From the NCBI GenBank assembly GCA_965221925.1, contig OZ244924.1:1161352-1225351 (forward strand): a stretch of 64,000 nt of DNA, in the 5' to 3' direction. Shown here piece after piece: positions 18,000 through 26,065 of this stretch (position 1 is the stretch's first letter; every line of letters starts with the position of its first letter). Position numbers and translations under genes: made by a program. Source of the stretch: Dehalococcoidia bacterium (lineage in GTDB: Bacteria; Chloroflexota; Dehalococcoidia; Lucifugimonadales; UBA2985). The notes under the pieces are model-generated. The model was given only the letters and a program-made list of their open reading frames with translations. It was not told the DNA's origin and made no database searches.

Positions 18000-19910
18000 C
18001 TAATGGTTCGCCCGAAGGTAGCGAACGATTTCCATCATCACTTTGCAGTCGATCTCATTGTAGCGGGCAATCTCATCCATGAGCGGTACGCTGGTCATCG
18101 GCACACCTCTCCTTCGAGCCTCCTCATCGCAGCGCCAAGCCCCCACCATCGCCCCGAGGCCATCGACCTGGCTCTCGGCCCAGTTGGTTTCGATGAGGCC
18201 TTTCGAGTGCATGGCGTTGGCCACTGTCTTCAGACCGAAACCCAGCGCGCCTCTCACCGCCACTGGCTCCTCACGCATCACTTTCTGAAGGAAATCGTAC
18301 CAGCCTAATACCGGCCAATCTGCGGGTTGATTGTGCCTATTCCATGCTGAATTGTGAGCATTCTGCAGCGTAGTTGGTTCCGCGGGCGACCAGTGGAAAA
18401 TCCGAGGCTTGCCGTTGGTTGGATCAAGCCGATCCCGAACTGCGGACATATGATCCATCCATTCCTGGATTATGCGGATTTCTTCCGTTTCAGACAGTTC
18501 ATTGGCGACCAGCGAGTTGAATTGCCACTCCCCATTTTCCACGTGGCCGCAGCCGATCATAAATATGAGCGGCTGCCCACCCTTCTCAGGCAGTGTGGAA
18601 AAGTCATCGTTCAGATCGCTGCAATACTCGAAGTCGACGTAAAACTCGACATCGGGTACCGCGTGCCATTCTCCCTGAGTCTTCCCAATGTGCAACGGGA
18701 GGACCGACGGGCCGCCATCCCTGTTGACCGCTAGCAATTGCTGCAGTATTGCCCCCTGCTTTGGACCCGTAATTCCAACTTTCGATGGTGTAAGCCCTGG
18801 ATCGTCCCAACGGTAGATGCCGCCGGAATGGGCATCTTTGCGTTTGTTCACTCCGACCTGCCATAGCTGAGTCAATTCTTTCAACTCGTCCGCCAGCCAC
18901 CTTTTGACACTCTCCCACCGGTCGCTCGACCCATCTTCCTCGTCGCCCGGATCTAACTCGGCATAACTGCTTGCCAACATCATATCGTCGTCGGCACCGC
19001 CCATATTGGGATAGAGTTCAGGCAAGGACGGTTCGGGCAAAAGTTGCCAGTCCTTACCTTCTGTGCGGACCCGGCGCACCCAGTTGAAGGCCTCCTCCAC
19101 GGCTTCTGCGATGAGGACTTTGTTGGTGGTAGTCCCGTTCTGTGGTACCGGCCCGAGCCGTTCTAGCGCACGAGTACCGCGATGGGTAACACCCTTGCTC
19201 GTCAGTTGCCATCCGCGTCCCAACAGGTAAGATTCGGGTGGCTCGAATCCCTGCAGGCGGCCCAACATGCGGTTGTAAACATACAACTGCGCCTTATACG
19301 CTGGCCCGCTGCCATCGTTGCCCAACTCGGTGCCTGTTGAGTTCAGATGTATCGTCGTGAACTTCGTGTCCACGACCCGATAGTGCCATTTGTTGTCTCC
19401 TAGGTGGGGCGCGGGCACTGCCACCTCTTGCCCCGAGATGGAATCCGGGAACAGTTGGCGCAGGATATCGCTTCTCACCAGGAAATCAGGTGAGCCGTAG
19501 TTCAGATGCTGGGCGTCCCACAGAACTGCTTGGTAGATGATGGGAACACCTTTCACCATTGCCGAAAAGGTCTCCTCGGCTTTGTCCAGTTCGCGGATTT
19601 CCTCGTAGCCACCGGCAATAGTGGTCACTTCGTACTTCTCCTGCAGCAGCCGCAGGATGCCCGCCTCGAATCCTCTACCCTTCTCGAAGATAAACTCGAC
19701 AAAGTCCAATTCATTGGCATAACCGGCCAGTTCTTGCCTTGGGACATAGCCGCGGCTCCTGCCGTACAGTCGCAGCCAGTCGATTAGCGGAGCATTCAAC
19801 ATCCAATTCCGGGTCCGTCCTGCGCTTACCCATTGTCGCCAGTCATCGTGGGAAACGGGAGTTGCAACTCTCGATCCGTCGTTACGGTGTGTCAGCGCAT
19901 CAATGCCCAT
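18000..19910 (-). CDS. Fusion of a RecB/Cas4-like PD-(D/E)xK nuclease domain and a C-terminal RNase H-fold (DEDD-like) exonuclease domain
   Basis: GSPDFLVR...YRVVDTKFTT...YKAQLYVYNRML gives the D...DxK...QxxxY pattern. The C-terminal FYVDFEY, IFHWSPAE and RYNEIDCKVM resemble Exo I/II/III motifs. Visibly lower GC than the backbone. Confidence 0.6.
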   Translation of the reverse strand: MGIDALTHRNDGSRVATPVSHDDWRQWVSAGRTRNWMLNAPLIDWLRLYGRSRGYVPRQELAGYANELDFVEFIFEKGRGFEAGILRLLQEKYEVTTIAGGYEEIRELDKAEETFSAMVKGVPIIYQAVLWDAQHLNYGSPDFLVRSDILRQLFPDSISGQEVAVPAPHLGDNKWHYRVVDTKFTTIHLNSTGTELGNDGSGPAYKAQLYVYNRMLGRLQGFEPPESYLLGRGWQLTSKGVTHRGTRALERLGPVPQNGTTTNKVLIAEAVEEAFNWVRRVRTEGKDWQLLPEPSLPELYPNMGGADDDMMLASSYAELDPGDEEDGSSDRWESVKRWLADELKELTQLWQVGVNKRKDAHSGGIYRWDDPGLTPSKVGITGPKQGAILQQLLAVNRDGGPSVLPLHIGKTQGEWHAVPDVEFYVDFEYCSDLNDDFSTLPEKGGQPLIFMIGCGHVENGEWQFNSLVANELSETEEIRIIQEWMDHMSAVRDRLDPTNGKPRIFHWSPAEPTTLQNAHNSAWNRHNQPADWPVLGWYDFLQKVMREEPVAVRGALGFGLKTVANAMHSKGLIETNWAESQVDGLGAMVGAWRCDEEARRRGVPMTSVPLMDEIARYNEIDCKVMMEIVRYLRANH

Positions 19911-20074
19911 GTCCTATCTCCTGAGTCGTGTGGCTATATGTGGGTGAGCAGCAAGCACCGTCATCCAACGCATGCCTCCAACGATGGATTTCTCTCTCAC
20001 AGCTGGGTCTCGATCTTTCTTCTCCTTGTCCGTATTGTAAACCCTGGACGAAGGCTGCGGTCCTGGAGAGCGAT

Positions 20075-21763
20075 TCACCCAAAGGTCGGAAGGGTCACTA
20101 ACTCCTGCCCTTGCTTCAGCAATTTGAAGAATCTGTCGTAGTCAACTATGCGAAGCGGCCTATCATATGTGAACATCCATGGCCGGGGACAATTAACGAC
20201 GACCACACCTTCAACGGAATAGCTTTCATCAGGTGGCACTTCATACTCAGATGCAAGCTCCGTCAGGTGCTCAGTAAACCAGGACATCTGCAACTCTAAT
20301 TTCGCGATATAGTCGATGAACTCTTGCCGTTCGTTTCTCATTATTTTGGGAACGAATCCTTCGTTGGCCACGTTCTTGGCCTCAACTAGAATGAACCTAC
20401 GTGATCGCCGGTCAATCACAAACACATCGACGGGACCGAATCCCTGTCCTTTAGGGAGCGGTTGTCCCCCAACGTTGTCTTTTCTCAGTTTGCTTTCGAA
20501 TCCGAGGTCTGCGCACTTGTCGGCGATGTCTCGTTCGAATGGCAAGCCCAGTCTCTCTTGGAGGGTCCCAACCACTTCCTTGATCTGTCCATCATGGCTG
20601 TGCACGAAGTCGATGCGTCCTGACTCGATTCGGGCTAAGGCCATCTGAAGGCCCATACTTGTGGTTTCCACGCCATATAGACAATACCGTGAGCCTCCGC
20701 GTTCCAGTAGTACCACAGGCCTACGCAGAAGTCGGGAGTCGCGCCTAGCGTTTTCCACAGGGAGCATTTCTCTGATGTCGACGCTCTTCAGCATTTGGTT
20801 TGAGATTCCATAGTCCTGCAATAGGCAATCCAGCCGTTGGTCAAGCTTCCATTTCCTTGATAGGAATGAGGCAAGTCTAGGTTGTCTAGGAATCCTGACA
20901 TACTCCGTTTCACCAAAGGAATCGACTAGGCCAAGAGAAAACCTGATCCAATCGCTCATGCTGTAGCCCCGCTCTCGCGTGAGCGGTTCGTCTAGTTCCT
21001 TAAGGTCTATCTGGTCGATCATGTCCTCAACGGTCATCCCCTCTTGCGAGGATTGGAACATGTTGAACCGTTCGGCTTCGGACTCAGCCATACCAGGCAT
21101 CAAAGCGCTTCGGTAGGCTTCCAAGGCTTTCATAGCCTGGGGAGTAGGCCTAGGGACGGTGATAAAGTCACCATCGACTACAATATCGTGTTGAACGACC
21201 CTATGCGCTACAGTCTCCCAGGCCATGTCCCATTCGACTATGGCACGTGCCAATTCAATCAAGCGGTCAAATTTGGATCTGCCTACCGTTCCTCCGGTGT
21301 GGTTATAATGCTTGACGGCCACTTCGATAAGCCAACGGATGGATTCAGTATATGGGGATAGTCTTTCCCAAAGCCGTTGATTACCCATAGAGGATTCCTG
21401 AGAGTGTCCGTATTTCCGCTGAGCGGCCAAGTGATGGTGGCCTTTGAGTATGTGTCCCAGAAACTCCTCGTGTCGCTTGTACAAACGGATGCAGAGATCA
21501 AACGTATCCACCCAGGACAGTTCCTCCAATAGCTTATGGAACAAGCCGTCATAGACGGCTTGAACGTGCGGAAAGAGAGCGCCATCCAGGGAAGAATAAA
21601 CTCCTGGTTGGATACCGGAGTCCCTGATGAGTGACCTCTTCAAATCATCCACAAACGTAACTTGCCTTTGGGCCGGAGGTCTCAGCCCAGGCAATACATC
21701 GAAGCTCGACGGAGTATGGAATTGGCCGAGCGGCCATATGGGAGATGGTTCTTCAGGAGTCAC
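20075..21763 (-). CDS. 562-aa protein with a C-terminal PD-(D/E)xK (restriction-endonuclease-fold) motif; the N-terminal ~430 aa are unrecognised
   Basis: GPVDVFVIDRRSRRFILVEAKNV fits D...ExK. It lies upstream of and on the same strand as 18000..19910, with a 164-nt gap. Lower GC. Confidence 0.55.
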   Translation of the reverse strand: MTPEEPSPIWPLGQFHTPSSFDVLPGLRPPAQRQVTFVDDLKRSLIRDSGIQPGVYSSLDGALFPHVQAVYDGLFHKLLEELSWVDTFDLCIRLYKRHEEFLGHILKGHHHLAAQRKYGHSQESSMGNQRLWERLSPYTESIRWLIEVAVKHYNHTGGTVGRSKFDRLIELARAIVEWDMAWETVAHRVVQHDIVVDGDFITVPRPTPQAMKALEAYRSALMPGMAESEAERFNMFQSSQEGMTVEDMIDQIDLKELDEPLTRERGYSMSDWIRFSLGLVDSFGETEYVRIPRQPRLASFLSRKWKLDQRLDCLLQDYGISNQMLKSVDIREMLPVENARRDSRLLRRPVVLLERGGSRYCLYGVETTSMGLQMALARIESGRIDFVHSHDGQIKEVVGTLQERLGLPFERDIADKCADLGFESKLRKDNVGGQPLPKGQGFGPVDVFVIDRRSRRFILVEAKNVANEGFVPKIMRNERQEFIDYIAKLELQMSWFTEHLTELASEYEVPPDESYSVEGVVVVNCPRPWMFTYDRPLRIVDYDRFFKLLKQGQELVTLPTFG

Positions 21764-21991
21764 ACGTTTCCTCTCAGACTCTCACTGTGCGGCATCGTCC
21801 CTTGTTGTACCTCCATGTACTACTGCCGACACCTTGCCTAGCGCCGTGATCGGACCATTCGCTGAGTTGAGTTTCCGGAATAGCCATGTCTTCCCCGGTA
21901 CGATCCCTATAGCATCGTCAGCGCAGCCGTAGTTGCGGTTGTTGAGTGTTAGTGTAACTGCTATAATTCTGACATTCAAGGAGTTGTGCCG

Positions 21992-22588
21992 ATGCCGAGT
22001 TCGCCGGAACAGATCATGACCTACGCCGCTACCTTGCCCGAGGGCTCGCTGTTGCATCCGAAGGTACTGCTGCACCTGGGGACCAGGGCAGTAATTGACC
22101 AGGCGTTGTCCCGTCTTGTCAAGAAAAGAAGTTTGATGCGGGTTTGCCACGGCATCTACGTATGCCCCGTAGAGACCCGCTTCGGTCTTCGCCCGCCTGC
22201 CGTCGAGAAGGTGATCGCGTCGCTGTCGGTGCTCTGGGGAGAGACGATAGTGCCTTGTGGCGGAGCTGCAGCGAACGCCCTTGGGCTCACCACCCAGATG
22301 CCGGTGCAGTCGGTTTACCTGACTTCCGGACCTAATCGCAAGCTGACGCTCGGCGAGTTGACGGTGGGGTTGCGCCATGCCCCCCGTTGGCAACTGGCGG
22401 CACCGTACCGACCCGCAGGTGAGGCGGTTCGTGCGCTGTCGTGGTTGGGGCCTGACAAAGTAGAGGCGGGCTTGGATGTGATTGGGCGCAAACTCTCATC
22501 CGAGGACCTTGAGGAATTGGCCGCGTTGCGGGCTATCATGCCAACTTGGATCGCCGAACCAGCGAGCGCATTGGTCGCCGATAGGTAA
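21992..22588 (+). CDS. AbiEi-like/DUF6088-type wHTH protein with no AbiEii partner adjacent
   Basis: ALSRLVKKRSLMRVCHGIYVCP is typical of AbiEi-family N-termini. ATG 21992 lies 8 nt after AAGGAG, and TATAAT is at 21962-21967. Confidence 0.55.
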   Translation: MPSSPEQIMTYAATLPEGSLLHPKVLLHLGTRAVIDQALSRLVKKRSLMRVCHGIYVCPVETRFGLRPPAVEKVIASLSVLWGETIVPCGGAAANALGLTTQMPVQSVYLTSGPNRKLTLGELTVGLRHAPRWQLAAPYRPAGEAVRALSWLGPDKVEAGLDVIGRKLSSEDLEELAALRAIMPTWIAEPASALVADR

Positions 22589-22627
22589 CGCACATCTTCG
22601 ATGAATCAGAGATAGAGGAGATAGCGG

Positions 22628-25600
22628 TTGACCATCGACACCGCAATCCGTGAAGGGCAGGTACTGACCGGGCCGCTGTTCAGTGAACCGATGCGGGTGG
22701 AGACCGTTCGCACGAACGGTCTGGGTTCCGTGGAGGCGGGCCTTGTCGGGCAGCGCACCGAGCAATTCCGGCGTGTTACGTTGACCTCAGTCGACATCGC
22801 GAGACTCGTTATCGCCGACCCCACCCTTTCATACAACAGCGACGGACGGCTCCTGCGCCTTGGCCTCCAGGCGTATTCCCTCGGCATTGCCCACGAGTTC
22901 GACCCCTACTTCGGGTTGTCCATCTCTCGAGTGGACCCACTACCCCACCAGCTTGAGGCCGTCTACGACTATCTCCTGAAGCTCCCCAGCGTACGGTTCC
23001 TGCTGGCAGACGACGCTGGGGCCGGTAAGACCATCATGGCCGGTCTGCTCGTCCGCGAGCTCAAGTTGCGGGGGCTGGCCGAGCGGGTCCTTGTTGTGTG
23101 CCCGGCGAACCTGACCTTCCAGTGGCAGCGGGAGCTGAGAGAGAAGTTCGACGAGCGGTTCTTTGTCCTGAAAGGCGGCGATATCCGAGACCAGTTCGGC
23201 GTCAACCAGTGGCTCGACCAGAAGCAGACCATCACGTCCCTCGACCTCGCCAAGCGCGAAGATATTCTTCCCGGTCTACGGCAGGTGCGTTGGGACTTGG
23301 TGATTGTCGACGAGGCCCATCGCATGTCGGCGCGGGACGAGACCCACAAGAGCCAGCGCTACAGGCTGGGTGAGCTGCTCCGGGACAGCGCCGACAACGT
23401 CTTGCTGCTCACAGCTACACCTCACAAGGGTGACCCTCACAACTTCACGCTGTTCCTACAACTGCTGGATCGAGACGCCTATGCCGACGTAAAGTCCATT
23501 CGCGAGGCGATGGAACGGCGGCGAGCGCCCTTCTACCTTCGCCGCACCAAAGAGGCGATGGTCTACTTCCCTGAGCGCCAGCTAGACGGCGCTTGGGTCG
23601 CCAAGCCCGTGTTCACAAAGCGAATCACACGCACGGTCGGCTTCACCATGGATGATGCCGAGTTCGAGCTGTACCAAGCGGTTACCCGGTTCGTGAAACG
23701 GCAAAGCGCCCGCGCTGCGGCCCAGGGCGACGACTCGAGGGCTCGCGCCGTCGGCTTCCTCATGTCTTTGTATCAGCGACGGTTGGCCTCCAGCGCCCAC
23801 GCGATGCGCCGTTCGCTTGAGAATCGGGCCAACCGCCTGGAAGAGGGACTAAAGCAGGCCCAAGACTTGGCGCGGACTGCGCCGCCGAGACTTCCCGACT
23901 GGGAGGACCTAGAAGAGCTTGAGGACACCGAGCGCGAACGTTTTGAGCGGATGCTGGAGGCGGTCACGCTAGCAGGGAACGCCGACGAAGTCCGCAAGGA
24001 GATTGCCGAGCTCAAAGAACTCGCGGCTCAAGCGACCGCCGTGGAGTCATCGGGTGAGGAGGCCAAGCTCAGCAGACTCAAGGACATCATGCAAGAGCAG
24101 GGGTTCTTCGAAGACCCGGACCAACGGCTGCTGATATTCACTGAGTTCAGGGATACCCTGGACTATCTTGTGGAGAGGCTGAAGTCCTGGGGCTTCCGGG
24201 TAGGCTCCATCCACGGGGGCATGAGGCCCGGCTCACGGGATGAGGTTGGCTCCCGTCTCTACACCGAACAGCAGTTCCGCGACGGAAACATCCAGGTCTT
24301 GGTGGCGACCGAAGCGGCCGGCGAGGGAATTAACCTCCAGTGCTGCCACATCCTCTTCAACTACGACATTCCCTGGAACCCGAACCGGCTAGAACAGCGC
24401 ATGGGGCGCATCCACCGCTACGGCCAGCGTTTCGACTGCCTCATTTTCAACTTCGTAGCGGCTAACACCATCGAAGGGCATGTGCTCCAACGCCTCTTGA
24501 CCAAGCTTCAAGAGATCAGGGATGCCCTCGAAGATGACGCCGTGTTCAATGTCGTTGGCGAGGTTTTGCCCGCCGCCCAGGTGGACCGGGTCTTTCGCAA
24601 CTACTACTCTGGTAAGCTGGGCGACGCCGATCTTGAGGACCGTCTGCTGAGGGACGTGGATGAGGGACGCTTTCGACAGATCTGTCAGACGGCGCTTGAA
24701 GGTTTGGCTGCCAAAAAACTCAACTTGGAGATGCTGGTGGAACGCCGCGCACGCGCCCAGGAGCGCCGGGTGGTGCCGGAATCCATAGCCCGCTTTCTAT
24801 CGGAAAGCGCTGAGCAGGCATCCCTCACCCTCAACCCGGTGCGCCACTTGCCTCACTCCTTCGAGCCGGGCCGAACGCCGACTGCCTTGAAGAAGTATGA
24901 GCGCGATCCCGACTGGAGCCTTACCGAGTTGGTGTCCCGCTATCCGCGCCTATCTACGGACCGGGACATAGCGGAGGAGCACAATCTGGAATGGGTCACG
25001 CCCGGTCATCCGCTGTTCGAGGCGCTCCGCCGCCATTGCGTCGAAACCAGCAGGGACGCCTTTGCCACGGGAGCCTGTTTTCACTCTCTTGACCACGAGA
25101 CCCCGGCGCGCCTTGATTTCTACCGGGCGCGGGTCGTCGATGGTCTCGGACACGTGATCCACGAGCGGCTCTTCACCGTGGAACTAGCGGAGGGCGGTGT
25201 GCCTTGCCTCCGGGAGCCGGAGATACTCGGCAACCTGACTCCCACTGCCGCTCCGGAGGGCCTTCCCACGGTGGCATCGCTATCGGAGCCAACCGACTGG
25301 CTGAACGAGCACGCATTCACCCCCTTCATCGAAGAGGTACGCGCCGAGCGGGTGGCAGAAGTCGACCGCATCGCAGAGCACGTCGAGCTGTCGCTGACCG
25401 AGGTGCTGCTGCGGACCGACCAGGAGGTCGGCCGCGCCTCCGAGGATATGGAGAAGCAGGTCACAGGCGCTGAGGGGCGCTTGGCCCAAGCCGAATCCCG
25501 TCACGACGAGGCTATGGCACGCCGCGAGCGGCGGCGGCGTGAGCTTACCCAGCAGAGAGCGCTCACACTTCAGGGCGTCGAACGACTGGCCAGCATTCTG

Positions 25601-26065
25601 ATCCTGCCCCACCCAGAGCGCGAGACTCCCGAAGTAAAGCGCCTACGTCCGAACGCCGAGACTGAGATGACCGCCATGCGGGTGGTGATGGAGTACGAGG
25701 CCGCCAAGGGCCGCCAGGTGTACGACGTTCACGAGAAGAACCTTGGCTACGACGTGACCAGCCTGGATGTGAACTCTGGCGTATTGCGCCTGATAGAAGT
25801 AAAGGGCTTGGCCTCCGCCTCGGGTACTATCCTGTTGTCGCCAAATGAACGCCGGGTGGCCGAGGACCGCCGCGACTGCTACTGGCTATACGTCGTCACC
25901 AACTGCGCTGCCGATCCGCAGCTACAGGATCCCATCGAAGACCCAGCCCGCTTCCCTTGGCATGAGGTCAGCAAGGTGCAGCACTACTGGCTGAACGTGG
26001 ATGCCATGACCAAGCCCATGAGGATTGCGGACGAGCGGGCGCAATATGGAGAAAGACATGATTGA
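22628..26065 (+). CDS. SNF2/RapA-type helicase with a C-terminal DUF3883 (endonuclease-fold) domain
   Basis: Helicase motifs are LLADDAGAGKTIMAG, LVIVDEAHRM, LLLTATPHKGD, ATEAAGEGINLQ and QRMGRIHRYGQ. The C-terminus YDVHEKNLGYDVTSLDVNSGVLRLIEVKG...CYWLYVV is DUF3883-like. TTG start follows AGAGGAG. Confidence 0.9.
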   Translation: MTIDTAIREGQVLTGPLFSEPMRVETVRTNGLGSVEAGLVGQRTEQFRRVTLTSVDIARLVIADPTLSYNSDGRLLRLGLQAYSLGIAHEFDPYFGLSISRVDPLPHQLEAVYDYLLKLPSVRFLLADDAGAGKTIMAGLLVRELKLRGLAERVLVVCPANLTFQWQRELREKFDERFFVLKGGDIRDQFGVNQWLDQKQTITSLDLAKREDILPGLRQVRWDLVIVDEAHRMSARDETHKSQRYRLGELLRDSADNVLLLTATPHKGDPHNFTLFLQLLDRDAYADVKSIREAMERRRAPFYLRRTKEAMVYFPERQLDGAWVAKPVFTKRITRTVGFTMDDAEFELYQAVTRFVKRQSARAAAQGDDSRARAVGFLMSLYQRRLASSAHAMRRSLENRANRLEEGLKQAQDLARTAPPRLPDWEDLEELEDTERERFERMLEAVTLAGNADEVRKEIAELKELAAQATAVESSGEEAKLSRLKDIMQEQGFFEDPDQRLLIFTEFRDTLDYLVERLKSWGFRVGSIHGGMRPGSRDEVGSRLYTEQQFRDGNIQVLVATEAAGEGINLQCCHILFNYDIPWNPNRLEQRMGRIHRYGQRFDCLIFNFVAANTIEGHVLQRLLTKLQEIRDALEDDAVFNVVGEVLPAAQVDRVFRNYYSGKLGDADLEDRLLRDVDEGRFRQICQTALEGLAAKKLNLEMLVERRARAQERRVVPESIARFLSESAEQASLTLNPVRHLPHSFEPGRTPTALKKYERDPDWSLTELVSRYPRLSTDRDIAEEHNLEWVTPGHPLFEALRRHCVETSRDAFATGACFHSLDHETPARLDFYRARVVDGLGHVIHERLFTVELAEGGVPCLREPEILGNLTPTAAPEGLPTVASLSEPTDWLNEHAFTPFIEEVRAERVAEVDRIAEHVELSLTEVLLRTDQEVGRASEDMEKQVTGAEGRLAQAESRHDEAMARRERRRRELTQQRALTLQGVERLASILILPHPERETPEVKRLRPNAETEMTAMRVVMEYEAAKGRQVYDVHEKNLGYDVTSLDVNSGVLRLIEVKGLASASGTILLSPNERRVAEDRRDCYWLYVVTNCAADPQLQDPIEDPARFPWHEVSKVQHYWLNVDAMTKPMRIADERAQYGERHD

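Noticed and set aside
21782-22393. 203-aa minus-strand ORF
   Set aside because: It overlaps the AbiEi-like gene, which has an RBS, a promoter-like -10 and a family motif. The minus product is Arg/His/Gln-rich with no motif.
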